Positions 1 to 8,968 of a stretch of 56,236 bases of DNA are shown piece after piece. Source of the stretch: Sedimentisphaerales bacterium (GTDB lineage: Bacteria; Planctomycetota; Phycisphaerae; Sedimentisphaerales; SM23-30); the NCBI GenBank assembly GCA_963663805.2, contig CAXXMR010000034.1, forward strand, positions 1-56,236, given 5' to 3'. Position numbers and translations under genes: made by a program. How positions within the stretch are numbered: the stretch's first letter is position 1; every line of letters begins with the position of its first letter. Below the pieces are notes generated by a model. That model did no database searches. It saw only the letters and a program-made list of their open reading frames with translations, and was not told the DNA's origin.

Positions 1-782
1 TATTCAGGGTAATGGCGGGGACTGGATCGAGCTGGTAGTTACTCAGGACCATCTGGATATCAGGGGCTGGCAGGTTCGGTGGGCCGAATTCGATAACGAA
101 GCGAACGGCAGTGATATATGGTATGGCAACGGCAGTGTTGAACAGGGGATTCTGGAATTCAGTCAGAATGCTGTGTGGAGTAATTTGCGGGCGGGGACAA
201 TTATTACGATAGTTGAAGAACAGTATATTTATGTCGATACGACCTATGGTGATAATCGTACCTATAATGTTGTGCCGGGTAATGCCGAAGCGGTTATTGA
301 TTTGAGTACTGATTTGTCATTCAATCCAGATGCTGACGATTGGTGGATTAATGTCAGTACTCTTGATGAGAGTGACGAGGCAGAGCCTTTGATTACATCA
401 ATTCACAATGTTTCTTTACACCAAGTCTGGGATTGGGGCTGTGGGAACGACAACTGGCAGGGTCATGTTTATGACCCGGTAAGTCAGACGATTGTTTTTG
501 GTCCTGTGGGCGAGAATGTTTCGCAATGGGGCGGCAGTGGCATTAACAGCAATGAGGTTGGCAGGCTTGAAGAAAATCCGTCGAGTGAATCAGGACCGCT
601 GGGTTTCGATGATGCCAAGGACAGTTCTCTGGGTATGCCCAATGAATGGGGCACTCCGGTGAATGTTCAGGATTTTGCGTTGTTGCGTGCCTGGTACAAT
701 CCGCCGCAGGATTGCGATGAGGCCATCGCGATGGGCTATGTTCTACCTCATGATTTCAACCAGAACTGTTATGTTGATCTGG

Positions 783-1375
783 TTGAATCAATGACCACCG
801 GCAGAGCCGGTGGTATGAGGAAGGCCCCTAAAAGGGGCCATTACAGTTAGTCTAATCCTTTTTCAATATTTTGCTCATGCTTGTCCTGATCTTGAATGTA
901 CTTACGAATATGGGCTTCATCAAGACCAACGGTACTTACACAATAACCGCGAGACCAAAAACTGCGGCCAAAGAGAGTGCCTTTGGTACGCATCAGATCA
1001 CGAGAAATCCGGATGGCACTTTTACCTTTGAGATAACCGATGGTCATAGCGATGCTGTACTTGGGCGGAACGCTCAGGAGCATATGAATATGGTCTGCCA
1101 TGGCGTTACCTTCTATAAGCTCTATCCCATACTGGCGGCACAATTCTCGCAATATCGCACCTATTTCCTTTCGCAACTTACCAAATATTGCTTTGCGACG
1201 ATATTTGGGTACAATAACAACATGATACTTACAGTCCCATTTTACATGGGCCTGACTCTGCCAGTCTTTCATAGTGTCCTCCTTGACCCCAGGAGCCTTC
1301 CTCAAGGAGGACCATTGTAACGCACTTAACGGCAGAGCCTTATAAATTCTCACCGGCAGAGCCGGTGGATTAGCT
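783..1375 (-). mobile_element. IS200/IS605-family element (tnpA only), ~593 bp
   Basis: Subterminal hairpins ACCACCGGCAGAGCCGGTGGT (794-814) and CACCGGCAGAGCCGGTG (1351-1367); minus-strand right end finishes TTCAA; no target duplication; excision restores the host frame (boundary +/-1 nt). Confidence 0.85.
847..1272 (-). CDS. tnpA: IS200/IS605 Y1 HUH transposase
   Basis: YHVVIVPKYRRK, HUH motif DHIHML, FWSRGY, helix with catalytic Tyr (IRKYIQDQ); ATG at 1272 preceded by AAGGAGG. Confidence 0.95.
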   Translation of the reverse strand: MKDWQSQAHVKWDCKYHVVIVPKYRRKAIFGKLRKEIGAILRELCRQYGIELIEGNAMADHIHMLLSVPPKYSIAMTIGYLKGKSAIRISRDLMRTKGTLFGRSFWSRGYCVSTVGLDEAHIRKYIQDQDKHEQNIEKGLD

Positions 1376-1481
1376 TGGATTTAGCAATGTTTGCGGCAAG
1401 TTGGCTTGATTGTGTGGATCCCACAGACAGCAGCTGTGATTCGCCCTGGCTGAACTGAAATTACTAACGCAAGGACGCGAT

Positions 1482-2339
1482 ATGAGAAAAATATCCGCAG
1501 CAAAAAACAGGTCACAGGCTTTCACTTTGGTTGAATTGTTGGTAGTGGTGGCGATAATTTCTTTGCTGGTATTGATACTGCTGCCGGCGCTGGGCAAGGC
1601 ACGTGATTATGCCCGTGCGGTAAAAAGCCTTTCCAATACACGTCAATGGGGGATTGGCGCGAATTTATGGTCGGTTGAGAATAATGACAATCTTCCGTGG
1701 GAAGGGAATAAAGACGATTATATGTACCATAATTTCACCAGCGAAAAATGGTGGGCCAACGCGATTCCGCCTATGCTGGGTGAGAGAAGTTATCGTGAAC
1801 TGAGTGAAGAAGCGGTGGCGCGTGGTCGTTCGGTCTGTGTACCGCCTGATGACGGCAGTATATTTATTGATCCGGGCGCGAAGTTTCCCTACGGCGATGA
1901 CCAAATCAAGTTTTATGACAGTACTAACAGTTATGAATATCAGTTGTTTTTCTGCTATGTGTGGAATTCGGAGCTTAATAACGGGCCTACGTTGAGTGTG
2001 CTGGATGATGTGGAACAGTTGAAGCTGAGTTCGATTCGGCGGGCCGGGGAAACGGTCTTGATGCTGGAGATGAGAACTACAAATAAAGAACTTGACCGCG
2101 ACGATTTTGAATACTACCGGACACGTTCTCTTTTGGGCAGGCATCGGGGCGACTGGAAACGTCTTGCCCGGCGGCATCTGGACGGCTGTCACATAGTGTT
2201 TACAGATTGTCATGCCGAAAGAGTCGATTATGACTGGGCAACAACGAATCGACAGGGTTCGCGCAATCCGGATTATCCGGGCGGTGACTGGAATAAGACG
2301 GGATTGTTCTGGAATTGCGGCGGTCCTTCGCTGAAGTAA
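1482..2339 (+). CDS. Prepilin-type N-terminal cleavage/methylation domain protein (planctomycete type)
   Basis: [30 protein letters not shown]-terminus; C-terminal RHxxGxxxxFxDxH motif. Confidence 0.9.
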   Translation: MRKISAAKNRSQAFTLVELLVVVAIISLLVLILLPALGKARDYARAVKSLSNTRQWGIGANLWSVENNDNLPWEGNKDDYMYHNFTSEKWWANAIPPMLGERSYRELSEEAVARGRSVCVPPDDGSIFIDPGAKFPYGDDQIKFYDSTNSYEYQLFFCYVWNSELNNGPTLSVLDDVEQLKLSSIRRAGETVLMLEMRTTNKELDRDDFEYYRTRSLLGRHRGDWKRLARRHLDGCHIVFTDCHAERVDYDWATTNRQGSRNPDYPGGDWNKTGLFWNCGGPSLK

Positions 2340-2341
2340 TA

Positions 2342-3538
2342 ATGATATATAAAGCTGTTATAGCTGCTGTTCTGGCGTTGGGAGTGAATGTCTGGGGTGG
2401 GGACAGGCAATATGACTTTACGGTTTTACAGACCGTAGAGGTTGAAGGAAACGCGGAAATAGTTGATATTGACGTTGAATCGGGGGTTATGGCTGTCACT
2501 AACGCGGTTGCTCGTTAGGTTGATTTATATAGAGCTGATTTTTCGGCGAGCCCCATTATCGCGGCTCGCCCTTTTTATGTATTAAAAGTTAATAGCGAAC
2601 CTACAAGCGTCGCACTTTTACGGGGTGGCAGGACAGCGCTGGTTACTTTGCCTGATGTTAATCCATCAAAACAGGGGAAGGTGATTGTTGTCTCGGTTTG
2701 TCCTGAGGGGGCCGGGAGCGGGCAGAAGGTCGGAGCGTTGGAGGTGGGGATTGGGCCGGATAATGTCGTGGTGGGGCATTCAGGCCGGTGGGCTTTGGTT
2801 GCCAATGAGGCCGAGGCCGACGATGCGACATAGGGTTCCATCGGATTGATAGATTTGCGGGGAGTTTCTTATGAATATCGTAAATTTGTGAATTTGGCCG
2901 ATATTCTCGATGTTCCGGCGGGAATTATAGAGCCGGAGTATTGCGCGTTCAGTGACCGGGACGAGATTGGCGGGATAACGTGTCAGGAAAATGACAGTGT
3001 GATAGTTCTCGACATGCGAGGAAAGGAAATTGTCTGTCGTGATGCCATCAAGCTGGCCTGGGCCGCTGAACCGGATGGTTTGGCGATTGTGGACTAGTAT
3101 GATAAAATTCTGGACAGGTCCGGCTGGCTGATTGCGTTGGCTTGTGAGGGGCGAAAAACAAGTGACGATAAGCGAGGCGGACAGCGAGTCGATTTTTATT
3201 TTGTTTATTATGACGAGAATGATGAGTTTTGCTATGTCGCATTGGATTATGTAGATTTACGTCAGTATTTTTCACGGCAGCGTATTGACCCGGAAGGGAT
3301 AGCGATAGTCGTTGAGGCAGACGAGGCTTTTGTGTTTGTGGGCTGTGAACGAACGGATTCGCTGTTTTGTTTGAAAATCGGTAAAGACAGAGTAATTTCC
3401 TGGGTTGGGGTGGTTCCGGTTGGAGTGAGACCTGAAGGGGTGAAGGCTTTTGCTGTGGATGGTTCGATATATTGTCTTAGTGCTAATGAAAACGCGGACG
3501 GACTTTTCGGGTCGATAAGTCTGTGCGGGCTAAATTAG
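2342..3538 (+). pseudogene. Secreted beta-propeller protein (choice-of-anchor I / phosphatase-associated propeller-like) with three in-frame TAG codons
   Basis: One frame from ATG 2342 (signal-peptide-like) to TAG 3536-3538; internal TAG at 2516, 2831 and 3095; propeller motifs EPTSVA, VGIGPDNV, LVANEAE, IEPEY, EPDGLA, DPEGIA, RPEGV, ANE. Confidence 0.75.
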
Positions 3539-3699
3539 AGCAATTTGATTTTTCGTACTTGTTTTATAGCCCGGCTGTTGCGGCTGCATTCTTATGCGCT
3601 AGATATGCTCGCAATATTTCAATACAGAAAAAAATGTAACTGCTGAGGTGGAAGTGTATTGGTTCAGCGTGAATTGGACAAATGGGTTTCACGATTAAC

Positions 3700-3881
3700 T
3701 CTTAAACTTGCCTTCGGCAAGAGGTTTTTAAAGGCATAAGAAGGCTCTGAATTGTCTGCGGAACGCCTCACACCTGGGGCGGCAGGTGTATAACTGCCAC
3801 CCCCACGACAATTCGTCGCCTTGGTCTGGCTATCCCTGGCAGGTTGCACCTCTGCAGAGCCTGCGTCCGTTTCGCCTACCA
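3700..3881 (-). ncRNA. Candidate structured non-coding RNA in the IS3 3' end
   Basis: Follows an internal sigma70-like promoter; several hairpins with G-U pairs only on the minus strand, two 8-bp long-range complementarities and a terminal CTTGCC-GAA-GGCAAG-TTT hairpin. Confidence 0.45.
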
Positions 3882-3886
3882 ACGGT

Positions 3887-3915
3887 ATTGTCCGGGCGTT
3901 CCCAATCTCTGTCAA
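3887..3915 (-). promoter_or_regulatory. Sigma70-like promoter inside IS3, just after the orfB stop
   Basis: TTGACA (3915-3910), 17 bp, GACAAT (3892-3887). Confidence 0.6.
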
Positions 3916-3926
3916 GCGTCTTTTCA

Positions 3927-4883
3927 CTACGACACCTTTCTCAGGGCTTTGCGGGCCTGACGGGCGGCATCGAGTTTGGCTTCCCGGGCGGCCAGAATCG
4001 TTTCGGCCCGGCCGGCAAGTTTATCGTTGGGCGTAATATATCCAATCGCACTGTGTAGCCGCTGGTCATTGTAATGCCTCACAAAATCAGCCACCAGGCG
4101 ACACGCATCATCCCGCGACAATGGCGTATGAACTCGAATACAGGTACCCTTGATCGTTTTGTGATAGCGTTCGAGTTTTCCGTTGCTCTGCGGATAATAC
4201 GGCGAGGTCTTGACATGTGTCATACCGCTGAGCCGAATAAACTCTTTGAAGTCCTTCGAGATAAACTGCGGGCCGTTGTCCGAGATTATCCGCGGTCGAG
4301 CCTCGGGGAATTTCTCACGGGCATGCTGAAGAATAATTTCCACCTCCGCCTCCGTCATCGACTCCTTGATATCCCAATGCACGAGGTATCGGCTAAAACC
4401 GTCCAGAATGGAACACATGTAGTAAAAGGTGCCGCAGATATTAATGTACGAAATGTCGATATGCCAGTGTCCATGCGGTTTTAAGGGCTGAGCGAAGCCA
4501 CTGCCTTTTTTGGAGGGTTTGCCGTTGAAGCGTTGCAGCAAATCCGCCTTTGACAACACTCGATAAACGCTGGCAGGACTCACCGCGACAATATCCTCAT
4601 CCATCATCATATAAGTCAGCCGCCGATAGCCTTCCCGCGGATGATCCGCATGATAGGCGATGATCGACTGTGTTTCGACATCGGTGAGCCAGAAGTCACG
4701 AGGAATCCAGCCGTTGTGCTCGTTGACCTTGCCATAACGTTTCTGCCAGTCATAAAACTTGCTGCGAGAAATGCCCATCCAGTTTATCATTGTCGCGGCC
4801 TTCACTTCCGTTTTATCCGTCCATTTGCGCACATAATCAACGACTTCATCCCGAACATCCGGTTCCGCCCAGGCGTCTTTCAA
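3927..4883 (-). CDS. IS3 transposase OrfB (DDE integrase core), expressed as an OrfAB fusion
   Basis: WHIDISY, IISDNGPQF, PQSNGKLERYH, YNDQRLHSAIGY motifs. Confidence 0.95.
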   Translation of the reverse strand: MKDAWAEPDVRDEVVDYVRKWTDKTEVKAATMINWMGISRSKFYDWQKRYGKVNEHNGWIPRDFWLTDVETQSIIAYHADHPREGYRRLTYMMMDEDIVAVSPASVYRVLSKADLLQRFNGKPSKKGSGFAQPLKPHGHWHIDISYINICGTFYYMCSILDGFSRYLVHWDIKESMTEAEVEIILQHAREKFPEARPRIISDNGPQFISKDFKEFIRLSGMTHVKTSPYYPQSNGKLERYHKTIKGTCIRVHTPLSRDDACRLVADFVRHYNDQRLHSAIGYITPNDKLAGRAETILAAREAKLDAARQARKALRKVS

Positions 4884-5188
4884 CCCGGACCATGCTTTTT
4901 TTTTAAGTCGATGTTATGCTCAACCAGCTCGGCGATGACCTCATCTTTTTTGACCAGCTTTTTGTCGAGTTTTTTGATCAGGTTTTCCAGTTCATACTCC
5001 CGGCCGACCTTTTTGGGTTCAAAGGCCGTGGCTCCATTTTCAAAAAACAGCTTCTGCCACTGGTAAAACTGGGTCGGAGCGATGCCGTACTGCTGGCAAA
5101 CCTCCGACAAAGGCCGCTTCTCCAGAAGATGCTCCCGAATAATCCTTACCTTCTCCACCGCCTCAAACCGCCTACGCTCCTGTTTCAT
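4880..5188 (-). CDS. IS3 transposase OrfA (HTH)
   Basis: RRFEAVEKVRI...VCQQYGIAPTQFYQWQK HTH; overlaps orfB in the -1 frame. Confidence 0.92.
   Translation of the reverse strand: MKQERRRFEAVEKVRIIREHLLEKRPLSEVCQQYGIAPTQFYQWQKLFFENGATAFEPKKVGREYELENLIKKLDKKLVKKDEVIAELVEHNIDLKKKHGPG
4895..4904 (-). other. -1 programmed ribosomal frameshift site (A9G) joining orfA and orfB
   Basis: Minus strand reads TTAAAAAAAAAGCATGG; the -1 frame continues KAWSGLKDAW into OrfB. Confidence 0.85.
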
Positions 5189-5365
5189 AACAAATCCCTT
5201 TCAAAAATATACATAAAGAATAGCAACTTTAAAGGATTTGTCCATTTCCAACTGAGGCAATACAGAAGCACCCTGTGGCTTTTTGTCTAACTTTATCTAT
5301 AGCAATGCTTTAAGGACTATTTATTGGTAAGCTAAGTACCAATCTTTGACCCCGCTATTAAAATT

Positions 5366-6837
5366 GGTTCTTCTGAATAATTTGTGGGTATTTTATCCTT
5401 GGGGCTCTGCCCCAAACCCCGCCATTTAGCCTCCAGCCTTTGGGCGAGAGAGGGCGGATTGGCGGATTGAGCGGTTTTTCCGGTGGAGTTTGTGGAAATA
5501 TAAATAATGCATCCTGCGAAACTTTCTGACAAAATGGTATTGTTGCAAAAGATATCACTTGGCAGAAAGGACACAGGATGCAGGTTAAAACTATACTCAA
5601 TCGAATTGAAAAGTACCAGGGTTTTGTTTATGAAAGCGACAAAATGATCGAAAACGGCAAGCAAAAAGAGCTGCATATATTCCTTCGGTCGCGTAAGAAC
5701 AGTCGTCCGGTCTGTTCCGATTGCGGCCGGAAATGTTCCGGCTATGACACCTTGCCGTCCCGTCGCTTTGAGTTTGTGCCTTTCTGGGGCATACTGGTTT
5801 ATTTCGTTTATGCCATGCGGCGAGTAAACCGCCCCCGCTGCGGCATCAAGGTGGAACGGGTTCCCTGGGCTCAGGGCAAATCTCCGGTTACCCGAACCTA
5901 CAGTTGGTTTCTGGCGCGCTGGGCTCAACGGATGAATTGGAGTGAAGTAGCCGCAGCTTTCCGAACCAGTTGGCATACGGTTTTCAGTTCCGTAGAGATG
6001 GCGGTGACCTGGGGCCGGGAGCATATGGATATGGCCGGCATTACCGCTATTGGTGTGGATGAAATGCAGTGGGGCCGGGGCCATCGTTATATTACCGTGG
6101 TTTATCAGATCAACAAAGAATGCAAACGCCTGTTGTGGGTAGGCGAAAAACGTACCGCCAAGACTCTGCTGCGGTTCTTTCGCTGGCTGGGCAAAGAACG
6201 TGCCGGGCAACTGGAATTTGTGTGCAGCGATATGTGGAAAGCCTATCTGAAAGTGATTGCCAAAAAAGCGTCTCAGGCGATCCATGTTCTGGACCGTTTT
6301 CATATTATGGTGCATATGAACAAGTCGCTTGATGAAATTCGGGCCGGCGAATCGAAGGAACTGCTGCGTGAGGGTTATGAGCCGGTACTGAAAAAGAGCC
6401 GCTGGCTGCTGCTGAAGCGCCCGGAAAATCTCCAGGATTCGCAACAGGCTTCTTTGAGAGAACTGTTGCAGTACAATCTCAAAACGGTGAAAGGTTATCT
6501 GCTGAAGGAACAATTTCAGCTTTTCTGGGATTATATCAGCCCCTATTGGGCCGGTGTTTTTCTGGATAAATGGTGTGTCAAGGTAATGCGCTCTCGTCTG
6601 GAGCCGATGAAGAAGGTAGCTCGCATGTTGCGCAATCATCGCGAGCTGATCCTGAACTGGTTTAAGGCCCAGAAGAAGTTTTCCTCCGGGATCGTGGAGG
6701 GCCTGAACGCCAAAGCCAAACTGACCACCAGAAAAGCTTACGGCTTTCGAGAATTCAAAACGTTGGAAGTTGCTTTGTATCATAACCTTGCAAAATTACC
6801 TGAACCTGTATTTACCCACGAATATTTTTAAAGAGGC
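5366..6837 (+). mobile_element. ISL3-family insertion sequence, 1472 bp
   Basis: Imperfect 25-bp IRs (GGTTCTTCTGAATAATTTGTGGGTA / GCCTCTTTAAAAATATTCGTGGGTA); 8-bp AT-rich TSD TTAAAATT (5358-5365, 6838-6845). Confidence 0.93.
5578..6831 (+). CDS. ISL3-family transposase
   Basis: AIGVDE, VCSDMWKAY, LDRFHI, SSGIVEGLNAKAK...AYGFR motifs; N-terminal zinc-finger region. Confidence 0.95.
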   Translation: MQVKTILNRIEKYQGFVYESDKMIENGKQKELHIFLRSRKNSRPVCSDCGRKCSGYDTLPSRRFEFVPFWGILVYFVYAMRRVNRPRCGIKVERVPWAQGKSPVTRTYSWFLARWAQRMNWSEVAAAFRTSWHTVFSSVEMAVTWGREHMDMAGITAIGVDEMQWGRGHRYITVVYQINKECKRLLWVGEKRTAKTLLRFFRWLGKERAGQLEFVCSDMWKAYLKVIAKKASQAIHVLDRFHIMVHMNKSLDEIRAGESKELLREGYEPVLKKSRWLLLKRPENLQDSQQASLRELLQYNLKTVKGYLLKEQFQLFWDYISPYWAGVFLDKWCVKVMRSRLEPMKKVARMLRNHRELILNWFKAQKKFSSGIVEGLNAKAKLTTRKAYGFREFKTLEVALYHNLAKLPEPVFTHEYF

Positions 6838-6960
6838 TTAAAATTCTAACAAAGCACATCCATTTTTTTCTGTTATGTTAGCGAACTTGTTATATAAATT
6901 AGACGGTCAGGGATGTATGAGTTGTTTTCATAAAGTAATAATGGTGTTTAAGTTACAAAA

Positions 6961-7566
6961 ATGATGAGCGATCTTTTCAATAATATCAAATTGGGATTTC
7001 CCAGGTGGCTGGCGGATTTTTGTCATAATGAGGTATTATGCAGCAATTCGATCGAAGAGCGGATGGATTGGGTCATCGCACTTTCTGCCGAGAATGTCCG
7101 TCAGGGGACCGGCGGGCCTTTCGCGGCGGGGGTATTTGACCTTAACAGGAAAGAATGGCTTAGTCTGGCAGTCAATTCTGTGGAAATTATGGGGACATCG
7201 ATAGCTCACGCGGAAATTCTGGCTTTGTTGTGGGCTCAGAAGAAAAACGGGTATTATGATCTCTCGGCAGGAGGCAGGTCCTGTGAATTGGTAACCAGTA
7301 CGGAACCTTGTGCGATGTGCCTGGGGGCGATTCACTGGTCGGGGATAAGCCGGCTGGTTTGCGGAGCCCGGACCGAAGATGCCGAACGAATAGGTTTCGA
7401 TGAGGGCTGTAAGCCACGAGCGGGACTTGACTGTCTGGTCAGAGGGGGTGTTGAAGTGATAAATAACATCCACCGAGAACGGGCGGTAGAGACTTTGGAT
7501 GAATATTGTCAAAATGGGGGAAGGATATATAATAGTTTACTGTACAAAAAATCGTCCGAAAAATAA
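6961..7566 (+). CDS. Zn-dependent nucleoside/nucleobase deaminase (cytidine-deaminase fold, GuaD/TadA-like)
   Basis: GGPFAA, HAE, EPCAMC, GFDEG motifs. Confidence 0.9.
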   Translation: MMSDLFNNIKLGFPRWLADFCHNEVLCSNSIEERMDWVIALSAENVRQGTGGPFAAGVFDLNRKEWLSLAVNSVEIMGTSIAHAEILALLWAQKKNGYYDLSAGGRSCELVTSTEPCAMCLGAIHWSGISRLVCGARTEDAERIGFDEGCKPRAGLDCLVRGGVEVINNIHRERAVETLDEYCQNGGRIYNSLLYKKSSEK

Positions 7567-7577
7567 TTTGATTTGGA

Positions 7578-8963
7578 ATGGCAATGAAAAGTAAACATCT
7601 CGTATTGTTCGTCTTGTCTATCGTATTCTGTCTGTTCGCGTTGGGCTGCAGCAAGGAGCAACCGGAATCAGCCGGGAAGGGAGAAGAAAATGCCAGTACT
7701 CAAAATACTGACAGGCTGGTTGTGATAAGTCCTCACAGTAACAGTATCAAACGTGAGTTTGAGCATCATTTCGCTGAATATTACCTTGAAAAATATGGCC
7801 GGAACGTTGAGATCGAATGGCGGGATGTTGGCGGGGGCAGCAGTTTGATTCTCCGGTATTTGCAGAACATTTATTCCCGGTCAGACACCGCTGAAATTGA
7901 TGTGCTGTTTGGCGGGGGCGAATATCCGGTTCAGGTTTTGGCCAAAGAAGGTTTGCTGGAGAAGCTATATCTGAGCGATGATGTTTTAGAACAGATTCCG
8001 GCCAAATTGAGCGGGATGCCTCTTTATGATTCGGACCATTACTGGTGTGGCTATGTGGTCAGCGGGTTTGGCTTTATTTACAATGTGCAGATACTTGAGA
8101 GGCTGAAACTTCACCATCCGCTCAGATGGGAAGACCTGGGCGGTTCAGAGTTTTACCCTCAGCTTATTCTGGCTGACCCGACACAGTCCGGTTCTGTGGC
8201 GGCGGCTTATGAAATGATAGTGCAGTCAGCCGGCGACTGGCAAAAGGGTTGGGAACGGCTGCATGCAATTATATCTAATTGCAAAATGTTCAAAAACAGT
8301 GCCGGTTCCGCTGCCGACAGTCCCATGCTGGGTGAATCTGTTGCGGCAATATGCATTGATTTTTACGGATTCCTGCGGGTGGTTTCCGCGCCGGACATTG
8401 TTAATTACATAAGCCCCGAAGGGCAGACGGGTTTTACGCCCGACCCGGTCGCGATCTTAAAGAACCCTGCCCATCCGGAAACGGCGGCTCGATTTGTTGA
8501 TTTTCTGCTGTCACTGAAAGGGCAGGCACTCTGGGCCTTACCAGCGGGGCATAAGGAGGGGCCGGTCGATAAGGCGATGAATCGCCAGCCGATTCGCAAG
8601 GATTTCTATGAGGTCTACCGGGATGATATGCCGAACTGGATGCAGAATCCTCATACTTTGGGTGCGGAGCTGGAAGTTGACGGCGAGCTGCGTGCGAAAA
8701 GGTACGGGACACTTGCCCGGATTGTTAATGCCGCGGCTATCGAAAATCACGCTCTGATGCTCAAGGCGAAAAAGAAGCTTATCGACAATAATTATCCTTC
8801 GGCCCTGACGGAAATATTTAATCGTCTGCCGGAGAATATCCGCACTTCCGAAAATCTGCTGGAGACTTGCACAAAAATGGAAGATACTGCCGCCGCCGCG
8901 ATCATCGTTGATGGCTGGATAGAGTTCTTTCGCAAAAACTATCAGAAAGTCATAGAAGGATAG
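7578..8963 (+). CDS. ABC transporter substrate-binding lipoprotein (Fe(III)/thiamine/polyamine type)
   Basis: Lipobox ALGC; LVVISPH, DVLFGGG, ADPTQSGS, AARFVDFLLSLKGQ. Confidence 0.88.
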   Translation: MAMKSKHLVLFVLSIVFCLFALGCSKEQPESAGKGEENASTQNTDRLVVISPHSNSIKREFEHHFAEYYLEKYGRNVEIEWRDVGGGSSLILRYLQNIYSRSDTAEIDVLFGGGEYPVQVLAKEGLLEKLYLSDDVLEQIPAKLSGMPLYDSDHYWCGYVVSGFGFIYNVQILERLKLHHPLRWEDLGGSEFYPQLILADPTQSGSVAAAYEMIVQSAGDWQKGWERLHAIISNCKMFKNSAGSAADSPMLGESVAAICIDFYGFLRVVSAPDIVNYISPEGQTGFTPDPVAILKNPAHPETAARFVDFLLSLKGQALWALPAGHKEGPVDKAMNRQPIRKDFYEVYRDDMPNWMQNPHTLGAELEVDGELRAKRYGTLARIVNAAAIENHALMLKAKKKLIDNNYPSALTEIFNRLPENIRTSENLLETCTKMEDTAAAAIIVDGWIEFFRKNYQKVIEG

Positions 8964-8968
8964 TTTCC

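Larger units (their letters stand above)
2..1458 (+). pseudogene. Secreted protein (5'-partial; lamin-tail-like region, C-terminal dockerin-like tail) interrupted by an IS200/IS605 element
   Basis: Frame is open from base 2 (IQGNGGDWIELVVTQDHLDIRGW...). Removing 783-1375 rejoins ...DFNQNCYVDL-V-DLAMFAASWLDCVDPTDSSCDSPWLN* (TGA 1456-1458), a typical planctomycete dockerin-like tail. Confidence 0.8.
3655..5264 (-). mobile_element. IS3-family insertion sequence, 1610 bp
   Basis: TG...CA ends, 28-bp IRs matching 22/28 (TGTATTGGTTCAGCGTGAATTGGACAAA / TGTATTGCCTCAGTTGGAAATGGACAAA), 4-bp TSD GAAG (3651-3654, 5265-5268). Confidence 0.95.

Noticed and set aside
3664..3927. 87-aa ORF after IS3 orfB
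   Set aside because: No recognisable domain, and the internal promoter lies inside its first codons; RNA structure explains the region better, though coding is not excluded.
5332..6783. 483-aa ORF antisense to the ISL3 transposase
   Set aside because: Shadow frame of a well-supported gene; no motifs.
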